Positions 1-9,753 of a stretch of DNA of 20,000 nt are shown here, one piece after another. The translations under genes and the position numbers were made by a program. The DNA is from Chiloscyllium plagiosum (taxonomy: Eukaryota). The stretch spans positions 3,159,256 to 3,179,255 of the forward strand of contig NC_057757.1 in assembly GCF_004010195.1 (NCBI RefSeq). Direction: 5' to 3'. A model generated the notes under the pieces. It had not been told where the DNA came from, did no database searches, and saw only the letters and a list, made by a program, of their open reading frames with translations. Every line of letters begins with the position of its first letter. Position 1 is the stretch's first letter.

Positions 1-217
1 GATCAAGATCCCTTTGTAATCTTAGATAACCTTCTATGCTGTCCACAATGCCACCAATCTTGGTGTCATCTGCAAACTTACTAACCATCCTCAACCAAAT
101 CATTTCTATAAACGACTCACCAAAGTGGACCCAGCACTGATCCCTGTGGAACACCGCTGGAGCAACCTGTCACCACAGTCTCTGTCTCCTGCTCATTTGA
201 ATCCAATTGGCAAGCTC
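1..217 (-). mobile_element. CR1-clade LINE fragment, reverse transcriptase core (decayed)
   Basis: Minus strand encodes SGVPQGSVLGPL (ORF 117..341) followed by SKFADDTKIGGIVDS (reverse complement of ttggtgtcatctgcaaacttacta), the CR1 RT QG and FADD motifs. Confidence 0.85.
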
Positions 218-789
218 TTTTCTTTTTCGGGTTAGCTCCACCAGGGAAGCGGGGGGGGGGGGGGGCTTTGAGGAGGGGGATGTGGGGGAAATTGGTGCTG
301 GGGTTTGAACTCAATTGAACTTTCCGTTTGACAGATGGCACACCAATAGTTTCCTCAGGAACCGCTGATCCCTCTTAATAAGCGAAATAAAAGGCCGAGG
401 GAGCCAAAAGTCAGAGTCATGAATAATAAAGAAAGGGCCTTCTGTTTTCTTTCAAGCTATCTGTAAGTAAAATGTCAATAATTAATGCTTAAATACCATC
501 CAACAGTTTCCAAGCCTGGGCAGCTCTGTTCCCTCAAAGGCAATGTGTCCATAGTTACTGTGCTGACATTAATCATCGGCTTGCTGTAATTAAACCTAAC
601 CTCCTCATTAAAGGGCAAGGGGTCCACCAGAGGAATCATTGCCTCTGAATGGGAAGTCTGGGCTCTAAATCATAGAATCCCAGTGTGGAAGCATGCCATT
701 CAGCCCATTGAGTCCACAACAACTGTCTGCAGAGCATTCCACCCAGACACCAGCCCCCACCCATCCCATCCTGGTTCTGTAAACTCCCA

Positions 790-1283
790 TGGCTAACCCA
801 CCCTCACCTGCACATCCCTGGGCACTATGGGACAATTTAACACGCCCAATCCACCCTAACCTGCACATCCCTGGGCACTATGGGACAATTTAACACGCCC
901 AATCCATCCTAACCTGCACATCCCTGGACACTATGGGACAATTCAGCATGGCCAATCCACCCTAACCTGCACATTCCCAGGGCACTATGGGACAATTCAG
1001 CATGGCCAATCCACCCTAACTTGCACATCCCTGGACAATATGGGACAATTTAGCACAGTCAATCCATCCTAATCTGTAGCACAGTGGTTAGCACTGCTGT
1101 CTCACAGCACTAGAGATGCAGGTTCAATTCCCACCTCAGGCAACTGTCTGTGTGGAGTGTGCACGTTCTCCCCGTGTCTGCATGGGTTTCCTACAATTTA
1201 GCATGGCCAGTCCACCCTAACCTGCACATCCCTGGGCACTATGGGACAATTTAGCAGGGCCAGTCCAACCTAACCTGCACATC
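790..1283. repeat. 53-bp tandem repeat, about 7 copies, inside the SINE
   Basis: The cacat(c/t)cc motif recurs at 811, 864, 917, 970 and 1024 (period 53-54). About two more units follow at 1191-1283. Confidence 0.9.
1076..1190 (+). mobile_element. HE1-like SINE 5' head (tRNA-related region), opposite orientation to the surrounding SINE
   Basis: Pol III A box TAGCACAGTGG at about 1077 and B box GGTTCAATTCC at 1121, followed by ctgtctgtgtggagtgtgcacgttctccccgtgtctgcatgggtttcc. Confidence 0.85.
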
Positions 1284-1387
1284 TTTGGACAGTGGGAGGA
1301 TACCGGGGCACCTGAATGAAACGCACGAAGACATGAGGAAGAACTTACAAACTCCATGCAGACAGTCACCCGAGGGTGGGACCAAAC

Positions 1388-1470
1388 GTGGATGCCCTTT
1401 GGAGGGGTTGGCGAGGACTCAATGGGTCAAATGGCCTGTTTCCTCATTGTTGGAATTCTATGATTCTATA
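1388..1470 (+). mobile_element. HE1/HER1-type 3' tail fragment
   Basis: ggactcaatgggtcaaatggcctgtttcc...attctatgattctat matches the tails of the other SINE copies, for example 3130-3185. Confidence 0.7.
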
Positions 1471-1774
1471 ATTTCCTTGGGGATTTGTCAGTCTTTAATT
1501 ATAATAATTTTCTTATTAACCTTTCCCTAACGATTGTAACTGTTTAATTTCCTACCTCCCTTTCACCTCTGTGATTATTTCTGAGATAATAATTCTATCC
1601 CCTACAGTGAAGGCAGACACAAGATCTCCATTTAGTTGATCTGACAATTCCTAGTTCTCCATTAATGGTTCCTCAGATTCACTGTCTGGAATAGAGACCA
1701 CCACTACCTGTGGGTTATTCTCCAAGTTGCTCACCATTCTGACTTGGAAATACTGACTCACTGATGTTGATAGC

Positions 1775-1952
1775 CCTGAAGTATGCCATTCGGCCCATCG
1801 TGCCCACCTTGTCTAATCAGATCTGAACACACACGAATCCAATTTCCCAGCTTTGATCCCACAACTATGGCAGTGCAAGTGACTGGTGAAAGACACGCTG
1901 AAATGTTTTGCAAATTACCCACTCAGGCACTGAGACACCCATGACCATGTGA
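1775..1952 (-). mobile_element. Old CR1-like LINE 3' end
   Basis: gccattcggcccatcgtgcc...aatccaatttcccagctttgatccc resembles a reversed CR1 3' UTR/tail. It is probably the same element as 2803-3490. Confidence 0.5.
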
Positions 1953-1956
1953 ACCC

Positions 1957-2266
1957 GGCATGATGGTTCAGTGGTTAGTTCAGCTGCCTCATCAGCGCCA
2001 AGGACCCGGGTTCGATTCCAACCTCAGGCAACTATCTGTGAGGAGATTGCACATTCTCCCCATGTCTGCGTGGATTTGCTCTGGTTTCTCTGCCAAAGAT
2101 GTGCATGCTGAACTGCCCCCATAGTGTACAGTGATGTGTAGGTTAGGTAAATTAATCAGGGGAAATGTAGAGTAATAGGGGAGGGGAATGGGTCTGGGCG
2201 GGTTACTCTTCAGAAGGTCGGGGTAGACTTGTTGGGCCTGTTTCCACACTGTAGGGATTCTATGAT
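1957..2266 (+). mobile_element. HE1-like SINE, near full length
   Basis: A box (tggttcagtgg), B box (ggttcgattcc), conserved body, and tail gggcctgtttccacactgtagggattctatgat. Confidence 0.9.
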
Positions 2267-2799
2267 GAGAATTTATTAAAACACTACAGTTTAAACATGA
2301 ACAGAAGAAAACTGAATTTAGAATAACTAGTGGAAAAGGTAACTGATGTGATACAGTAACTATTACTCATTAACTGTTCCAGTTCAGTAGCATCCCACAA
2401 ACACATCTCTTGTCAAAAAGGTAAATTCAAACACAGATTCTTACAGGCAGGAGGGAAGAACATGCACATGGATAGCATTTAGTTGAGGGGTGCGTAGGTT
2501 AAGTTACTATATTTTACATTAGGATTAAATCTCGGCACAACATCGTGGGCCAAAGGGTCTGTTCTGTGCTGTGAATTTCTATAAAAGATTTCAGGAGACG
2601 GTCAGAGGAGTTCTTTACTGAAGGTTGCAACTCCCCTGGACTCCCACATCTTGTGACTGCTCCAGCTAAACCAAACTAGAAGCAACCTGAACTGGGAGAA
2701 CTGGCCACTCCCCTGACATCGTTAAACTCGACACTTTTTTACCTCTGTTGCAAAAAACCAAGGACCAACTAACCTTCTTAAGGTAGCAACATCATTACA
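2267..2799 (-). mobile_element. Probable partial solo LTR, interrupted by a LINE tail
   Basis: Minus strand starts TGTAATGATGTTGCTACCTTAAG at 2799, similar to the TGT...ACCTTTAAG start of the 9732 LTR. Minus-strand AATAAA at 2272-2277. The other terminus is not identified. Confidence 0.35.
2461..2582 (+). mobile_element. CR1-like LINE 3' tail fragment
   Basis: ctcggcacaacatcgtgggccaaagggtctgttctgtgctgt...ttctat is a typical CR1/HER1 terminal stem-loop and tail. Confidence 0.7.
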
Positions 2800-2802
2800 A
2801 AA

Positions 2803-3490
2803 GTCCACCAATCATGTCCTAACCAGTGTTTTATACAATTTCAGAATAACTCCCTTTTACTTGTATTTGATGCCTCGGCTAATGGAACAGTGGCTCAGCG
2901 GTTTGTGTCACTGTCTCATAGCGCCATGGTTTGGGTTCGATCGCACGTCCGGGTGACTGTGTGGAGTTTGCATGTTCTCCTTGTGTACGCATGGGTTTCC
3001 TCCTGAAGTCCAAGGATGTACAGGTTAGGTGCTAAATTGCCCCATGGCATCCAGGGATTTGCAGGCTATGTGGGAAGTACAGAGATCGGGTAGAGAGGTG
3101 GGTCTGGGTAGGATGCTCTTCGGAAGCTTGGTTTAGACTTAATGGGCCGAATAGCCTGCTTCTATACTGTAGGGATTCTATGACTCCAATGGAGTCATGT
3201 ATTCCATATGCCTTCCTACCAACCTGCCCAGAAGTCTTTGGGTGTTCAACCATGGTCCCTCTGCTTCCCATCGTCTGATCATTCTCAATGTCATCTCTTG
3301 CCTTTTTGGATTGAATTCCATTTGCCACTGTTCTACTCAGCTGACCAGTCCATTGCTATCCTCCTGCAGTTTAAGGTTGTCCTCACTATTTACCACCTAA
3401 CTAATTTTCATCTCATCAGTGAACTTCTCGATCATAGCATGTTACAATTAAGTCCAGTTCATTTACGTACACACAACAAACAGCCAGGTC
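2803..3490 (-). mobile_element. Decayed CR1 LINE ORF2 fragment split by a SINE
   Basis: 2803-2886 (cctaaccagtgttttatac...tgcctcggctaat) continues at 3199 (attccatatgccttc...ttgaattccatttgccactg, minus strand WQMEFN). Confidence 0.7.
2887..3187 (+). mobile_element. HE1-like SINE with possible 6-bp target-site duplication
   Basis: A box tggctcagcgg, B box ggttcgatcgc, tail gggattctatgact. AATGGA flanks it at 2881-2886 and 3188-3193. Confidence 0.88.
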
Positions 3491-3522
3491 ACAGAAACAT
3501 CCCTCTAGAATCATCACCTATG

Positions 3523-4906
3523 GGTGCAGGAACATGATTCTTTGAGGTTTGTGACACATATAGGCAGGGCAGTTAAAAAGATGCTTGGCACACTTGCTTT
3601 CATTGCTCAGTCCTTTGAGTATAGGAGTTGGGACGTCATGTTGAAGTTGTACAGGATGTTGGTGAGGCCTGTTCTGGAGAACTGTGTCCAGTTCTGGTCA
3701 CCCTGTTATAGGAAGGATGTTATCAAGGTGGAGAGGACTCAGAAGAGATTTACCAGGTTGTTGCTGGGTATGGAGGGTTTGAGTTATAAAGAAAGGCTGG
3801 ATACGTTGTGACTTTTTTCACTTGAGTGTAGGACGTTGAGAGGCGACGTGATAGAAGATTATAAAATAATGAGAGGTGTGGGAAAAGATCTGCCACCCTG
3901 CCTACCCATATAGCAGGCCCACACTGAACACAGGAAACTTGGCCAAACTATACCAGAAATGCCCAGAATGCCTCAGCAGTGACCAAACAGGCTGACAAGC
4001 GAAACCAGACAGCACTCGCAGACACTTCCCAACACCCACTAACAATGCCAGATCAACACAGCTGTCCCAAAGTCCCGAGGACAGTCTCATAACACAGCAA
4101 TACCAACGCCACACAAAGAACAGATGGAGAGACACCATCATACCTTGCACCCAGGACAGGAACAATGGAATTCTCACCGACCTGCAAAGAGAGCTAGAAT
4201 CTCCTGATCCCATCAAGAACTCATGGATACTGTCCAGGATGGTACATTGTATCGTCAATCAGGACATTCTTCCGATAACTGCTTCTCAATTATCACCATT
4301 GTAGCTGGATTACTCCATTTCCAAATACATTGTATCTTTCCCCATTTCTAATCAACCTTATTGTATAAGATTATTATAAAACCTGGCTTCTTCCTCAGCT
4401 CGAGGAAGAGAACCCTTGATCTACCTGCACAGACCGTCGGTTCTGTGTCAGCCCAGTCAATTTCTCTTCCAGCGATCTTGCTTGTAATAAGCAGCTTGTC
4501 AATTTCACCTGATCTGGTTTGTGCGGCCTCTGCTTCATTGGGCTAATTTCTCCGACAAGGGGTATAGATAGAGTTGATGATACTTGTCTTTTCCCTAGGG
4601 TGGGGGTACAAGACTAGGGGGCACATTTTTACGGCGAGAGGAGAAAGATGTAAAAAATATACAACGTGCAACGTTTTTACACAGAGAGAGTAGTTTGTGT
4701 GTGGAATAAACTTCTGGAGGAAGTGGTGGATGTGGGTACAGTTACAACATTTAAAAGACATTTGGATAAGTACATGAGTAGGAAAGGTTTAGAGGGATAT
4801 GAGTCAGGAGCAGGTAGGTGGGGCTAGTTTAGTTTGGGAACATGGGCCAACATGGACTGGTTGGACTGAAGTGTCTGCGTCCATGCTGTGAGACTGTATG
4901 ACTCTA
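3523..4906 (+). mobile_element. HER1/CR1 LINE 3' portion, split by a solo LTR at 3877-4557
   Basis: ORF 3524..3811 (LYRMLVRPVLENCVQFWSP...ERTQKRFTRLLLGMEGLSYKERL) is the CR1 ORF2 C-terminus. It resumes at 4558 and ends in the tail ccatgctgtgagactgtatgactcta. Confidence 0.9.
3877..4557 (+). mobile_element. Solo LTR (ERV-like or Gypsy-like), 681 bp
   Basis: TG...CA ends with an imperfect inverted repeat (TGTGGGAAAAG / TTTCTCCGACA). Flanked by AGAGG (3872-3876) and AGGGG (4558-4562). TATAAAA near 4375 and AATAAG near 4486. The LINE is continuous across it. Confidence 0.85.
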
Positions 4907-5081
4907 AAACTCTGCTACCACCCTCTGATTACTGCCTCTCATCAGCTTTGGATCTAATATGCCACTTCGCCTCAGATCTCACAGGCTCTTGTCTTCTCAG
5001 CTATTCTGTCAGTGTCATTGGGTCAAAATCCTGCGACTCCCCCCGCTATTGGAACACTATGGGTGAATGTACAACAGGGTC

Positions 5082-5842
5082 TACAATTTTGGGAAGACAA
5101 ATCAGGGCAGGACTTATGCTGAATGGTAAGGTCCTGGGGAGTGTTGCTGAACAACGAGACCTTGGAGTGCAGGTTCATAGCTCCTTGAAAGTAGAGTCAC
5201 AGGTGGATAGGATAGTGAAGAAGGCATTTGGTATGCTTACCTTTCTTGATCAATGCATTGAGTATAGGAGTTGGGAGACTATGTTGTGGCTGTACAGGAC
5301 ATTGGTTAGGCCACTATTGGAATACTCTGTGTAATTCTGGTCTCCCTGCTATAGAAAAGATGTTGTGAAACTTGAAAGGGTTCAGAAAAGATTTGCAAGG
5401 ATGTTTCCAGGGTTGGAGGGTTTGAGCTACAGGGAAAGGCTGAATGGACTGGGGTGTCATCGGCTGACGAGTGACCTTATAGAGATTTATAAAATCACGA
5501 GGAGCATGGAAAGGATCTTTTTCCTAGGGTGGGGTAGTCCAAAACTAGAGGGGCATAGGTTAAGGTGAGAGGGGAAAGATTTGAAATGGACCCAAGGGAC
5601 AACATTTTCATGTAGAGAGTGGTGCGTATATGGAATGAGCTGCCAGAAGAAGTGGTGGAGGCTGGTACAATTACAGCATTTAAAAAAGCATTTGGATGGG
5701 TATATGAATAGGAAGGGTTTAGAGGGATATGGGCCAAATGCAGGCAAATGGGACTAGATTCATTTAGGATATCTGGTCAGCATGAACGAGGTGGGCTGAA
5801 GGGTCTGTTTCTGTGCTGTATATTTCTAAGTCTCTATGACTA
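5082..5842 (+). mobile_element. HER1/CR1 LINE 3' portion
   Basis: ORFs 4888..5334 (LNGKVLGSVAEQRDLGVQVHSSLKV...LYRTLVRPLLEY) and 5365..5568 (ERVQKRFARMFPGLEGLSYRERL). Tail gggctgaagggtctgtttctgtgctgta...ctctatgac. Confidence 0.92.
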
Positions 5843-5849
5843 GTCGATG

Positions 5850-5972
5850 GCCAGAACCTACATGTGACTCCAGGCCCTTGGAATGTGGTTGACACTTATT
5901 GGCCCTCTGGGCAATTAGGGATGGGCAATACATGCTGATCCCATGCACATCCCATGAATGAATAAGGGAAAA
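5850..5972 (+). mobile_element. 3' end of a second SINE/LINE family
   Basis: ctacatgtgactccag...gggcaattagggatgggcaata...cacatcccatgaatgaataa is a tail I recognise from other shark retroposons, distinct from the HE1 tail. Confidence 0.6.
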
Positions 5973-5994
5973 GGGTAAACATGAGAGCCACAAC

Positions 5995-6268
5995 TATTGA
6001 ATATCTTGAGGAGAATGGATATTGGAAGAGACTGAGGCACATGGTTTAAGACAGAGATGAAGAGACTTTTTTTTTCTCTCAGACAATCATGAAATCTCTC
6101 CCCCAGAGAGCATTGGAGGCCTGATCACAAAATACGTTCAAGGCCCAATTAGACAAGAGTTTTAATAAACAACAGATTTGATGGTTGTGGGTGAACTGGC
6201 AGAAAAGAGTGATCACAACCAGATCAGCAATGATCTTAATGAATGGTGGAGGAGGCTCAAAGGATCAA
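5995..6268 (+). mobile_element. Decayed CR1 LINE 3' end
   Basis: tttaagacagagatgaagaga...ccccagagagcattggaggc...agatcagcaatgatcttaatgaatggtggaggaggctcaaagg. Confidence 0.7.
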
Positions 6269-6269
6269 C

Positions 6270-6866
6270 TATAGGAGTGAGGAGCAGCAAGAGGCCATTC
6301 AGCCCCTTGAGCCTGCTGTGCCATTCAATAAGATCATGGCTGATGTGATATATATGCATGACTGCATACTCGCCCCCAATAACCTTTCACCCTCTTGTTT
6401 ATCAAGAACCTACCTGCCCCTATCTTAAGAAATATTCAAAGACTCTGCTTCCACAGGATGAGAGTTCCACAGAGTCATGGCTCTCTGAGCGAAAAGAATT
6501 CTCTTCAACTCAGTCTTAAATGGATGGAGCTTTATTTTCAAACAGTAACCCTTAGTTCTTGACGCCCCTCTATGAAACAACACTTTCACCACATCAACCC
6601 TGTCAAGACACCTCGGGATCTTATTTATTTCAGTCAAGCCACCCCTTACTATTTCAAATTCCAATGAATGCAAGCCCAGTCTGTCCAACTTTCCTCACAA
6701 GGGAACCCATCCATTCAAGGGGTTAGTCTGGTAAACCCTCTCTGAACTGCTTTTCATGAATTTGCAACCTTCCTTAAATAAGGAGACCTGTACTCTCTAT
6801 AATTGCTGCATACCCACTCTATTTTTGTACTCAATCCCCTCCACAAACAGTAGCATTCTGTTAGCA
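6270..6866 (-). mobile_element. CR1 LINE 3' portion; its upstream part lies at 12630-13026
   Basis: ORF 6425..6688 (DRLGLHSLEF...SRTKGYCLKI...LWNS) and reversed tail ggccattcagccccttgagcctgct. Confidence 0.85.
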
Positions 6867-6910
6867 ACTGTGATGCTCTATTAGAAACAGTAGCATTTCA
6901 TTTAAAATTA

Positions 6911-7822
6911 CCGTATATACTTATGTAAACGTTGAATTTTTTAGGCTATTTTTAAAGGTTCAATTTATAGGGTCGACTATTACACGGGCACTAGTTTTGA
7001 GGGGCTGAAATTCATGCTGCAGTTCGAAATACCATATTATTAGCAGAAGTCGATTTGATCGCTCAACTAATCTCGGGTAAAGAAGAAAAACACAACAAAT
7101 TATGTTAAAAGCCAGAAGAAGGTAATTACCAAATGAAAGCGAGAGTAACAAGAATGAATTACTGGTAGGAAATTTTATTTTTACATACCGGTACGAAAAT
7201 TTAACATGTCAAAGATTTATTGAAATCCTGCAAAGTCACACTGTTCAACATCATCATTGCCTGGTATAGTGTCACACTTAAAATGAAACATTTATTCAAT
7301 TCTTCAATTTTCCTCCCATTTACTCTCGGATGTAATGAACCTCAGCAACATTAACAAATTTGTCAAAGAACTAAAGATATATGTAGCTAATATATCTCGC
7401 TTTTAGTCAGATATAATGGCACAATTAAAATAATTAACTTTTTAATGATATTAACTTTTGGAAGTATAGCGAACAAAGGATAATAAGCTCTGATGGACTT
7501 AGTATCAGTCTGAATGAATGAATGAATGAATCAAAACATTCTGTGGTAAACCAAGTGGGCTAAGTAGACTCATGAATGACTGAATAGAGACGCAATACAG
7601 TAAACAAAGAGCGATGAGTAGAGATACTGGTATGAATGAATGAATGCAATTTTGTTTAAGTGGGTTAATGGGAACATGCAATTTCCTTTTTAAGAGGTTT
7701 ATAATGTGATATAGTCGGGTCAACTTTTACACAAGCTGCTATTTATGGAAAATACAAGATTTCTTGGCCAAAGTAAGGGGTCGACTTTTACATGAGGTTG
7801 ACTTTGACACAAGTATACATGG
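6911..7822. mobile_element. Non-autonomous Tc1/mariner-superfamily (pogo-like) DNA transposon / MITE
   Basis: TA then CCGTATATACTTATGTAAACGTTGA at 6911. The right end reverse-complements to CCATGTATACTTGTGTCAAAGTCAA (18/25 identical). Subterminal gggtcgact(a/t)ttaca repeats at both ends. AT-rich interior with (GAAT)n. The right flank is TC rather than TA. Confidence 0.7.
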
Positions 7823-7824
7823 TC

Positions 7825-7970
7825 GTAACCTTCTAATAGAAATAATAACATTCTATTAGAAACAGTAACATTTCATTAGAAACAAGAACATTTCAATAGA
7901 ATTAGTACCCTTCTATTAGAAATAATAACATTATCAGAAAGAGTGACATTATATTAGAAACAATAACATT
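7825..7970. repeat. 20-bp AT-rich minisatellite (TTCTATTAGAAACAGTAACA), largest block; other pieces at about 6845-6900, 8600-8660, 8990-9030 and 12551-12650
   Basis: Units start at 7831, 7851, 7871, 7891 and 7911, an exact 20-bp period. Confidence 0.9.
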
Positions 7971-8600
7971 CATAGAGCCATAGAGATGTACAGCACGGAA
8001 ACAGACCCTTCAGTCCAACCCGTCCATGCTGACCAGGTATCCCAACCCAATCTAGTCCCACCTGTCAGCACCTGGCCCATATCCCTCCAAATCCATCCTA
8101 TTCATATACCCGTCCAGATGCCTTTTAAATGTTGCAATTATACTAGCCTCCACCACTTCCTCTGGCAGCTCATTCCATACACGTGCCACCCTCTGCGTAA
8201 AAACGTTGCCTCTTAGGTCTCTTTTATATCTTTCCCCTCTCACCCTAAATCTATGCCCTCTAGTTCTAGACTCCCCCACCCCAGGGAAAAGACTTTGTCT
8301 ATCTATAAAAGGTCAGTTAGACTCGAAACGTCAGCTCTTTTCTCTCCTTACAGATGCTGCCAGACCTGCTGAGATTTTCCAGCATTTTCTTTTTTTGTTT
8401 CAGATTCCAGCATCTGCAGTAATTTGCTTTTATACTTTGTCTACTTATCCTATCCATACTCCTCATGATTTTACAAACTTCTATAAGGTCACCCCTCAGC
8501 CTCCGACATTCCAGGGAATACAGCCCTAGCCTATTCAACCTTTCCCTATAGCTCAAATCCTCCAACCCTGGCAACTTCCTCATAAATCTTTTCTGAACCA
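7971..8600 (-). mobile_element. HER1/CR1 LINE 3' end, with an insertion at 8302-8433
   Basis: ORFs 8317..8601 (VQKRFMRKLPGLEDLSYRERLNRLGLYSLECRRLRGDLIEVCKI) and 8052..8279 (ESRTRGHRFRVRG...VWNELPEEVV). Reversed tail catagagatgtacagcacggaaacagaccctt. Confidence 0.95.
8302..8433 (+). mobile_element. Short Penelope-like pLTR/3' fragment with target-site duplication
   Basis: ACTTTGTCTA is duplicated at 8292-8301 and 8434-8443. The body ctcgaaacgtcagctc...cagatgctgccagacctgctgag...tccagcatctgcagt is also seen at 14549-14646. Confidence 0.7.
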
Positions 8601-8664
8601 TTCTACTAGAAACAGTAATAATCTATTAGAAATAATGACATTATCTTCGAAACAGTAACTTTTT

Positions 8665-8980
8665 TTTAGATTACTTACAGTGTGGAAATGGACCCTTCGG
8701 CCCAACAAGTCCACACTAACCCGCCGAAGCGCAACCCACCCAGACCCATTCCCCTACATTTACCCCTTCACCAAACACTACAGGCAATTTAGCACAGCCA
8801 ATTCACCTCACCTGCACATTTTTGGACTGTGGGAGGAAACCGGAGGACCCAGAGGAAACCCACGCAGACACAGGGAGCAACGTGCAACCTCCACACAGTC
8901 AGTCGCCTGAGGCGGGAATTGAACCCGGGTCTCTAGCGCTGTGAGGCAGCAGTGCTAACCACTGTGCCACCGTGCTGCCC
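8665..8980 (-). mobile_element. HE1-like SINE, full length
   Basis: Reversed A box (ccactgtgcca), reversed B box (ggaattgaacc), body, and tail (tagattacttacagtgtggaaa). Confidence 0.93.
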
Positions 8981-9753
8981 ACAAATAATAATTAGTAACA
9001 TTCTATTTGAAACAATAACAATCTGTTATAACTAGTGAGCTACTTCAAGGGATGACAGTGTACAGGCAATGCCAAACGTTTAAGAAATGCACGGGAGGAC
9101 AGCAATAACTGCTTATTCCTGTCCAGCACAAAAGTAAAATGAGTAAGAGTGCCAATCCATGTCTGACAAAGGAAATTAGAGGTAGTATCTGATCCAAGGA
9201 AGAAGCATACAGATTGGCCAAGAAAAACAATAGGTCTCAGGATTGGGAACAGTTTAGAATTCAGCAAAGAAGGATCAAGGGATTGATGAAGAAGGAGAAA
9301 ATACAATACAAAAATAAGCTTGAGGGAGCATGAAGACTGGCATCTCTATCAGTATGTGAAGAGAAAGAGATGGGGACAAAGAAATGACTGAGCAATTAAA
9401 TATATATTTTGGTTCTGTCTTCACAAAAGGGAACACAAATCAGATACCAGAAATGTTGGAGAACATAAGATTTAGTGAGAGGTAGGAACTGAGGGAGGTC
9501 AATATTAGTAGAGAAATGGTGTGGGAAAATATGATGAGATTGAAAGTAGATAAATCCCCAAGTCCTGATAATCTACATCTCAGAAAGTGGCTCTCAAAAT
9601 AACGGATGCATTGGTGGTCATTTTCCAGGATTCGATAGACTCCGGAATAGTCCCTGTAGATTGGAAGATAGCTAATGTCATTCCAATATTTAAAAAGGGA
9701 GGTAGAAAGAAACCAGGTAATTATAGACCAGTGTTATGAAGTTGAAGGCTAAT

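Larger units (their letters stand above)
665..1386 (-). mobile_element. HE1-like tRNA-derived SINE with an expanded internal 53-bp tandem unit, interrupted at 1076-1190
   Basis: Minus-strand tail (atcatagaatccc...gccattcagccca) at 669-710, repeated ccctaacctgcacatccctgggcactatgggacaattt units, then SINE body (catctttggacagtgggagg...aaactccatgcagacagtcacccgagg) up to about 1386. Confidence 0.8.

Noticed and set aside
410..480. Minus-strand acceptor ttttacttacag as the next coding exon
   Set aside because: All three frames stop within 15 codons.
790..1283. CRISPR-like look of regular repeats (also 7825-7970 and 16670-20000)
   Set aside because: Head-to-tail tandem units with no unique spacers, no cas genes, and a eukaryotic context.
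3902..4258. 118-aa ORF inside the solo LTR
   Set aside because: Antisense to the LTR signals and no recognisable domain; probably chance.
7831..7930. TTC...GAA arrays as heat-shock or STAT sites
   Set aside because: Spacing is 5 nt, whereas HSE needs 2 and STAT sites need 3-4.
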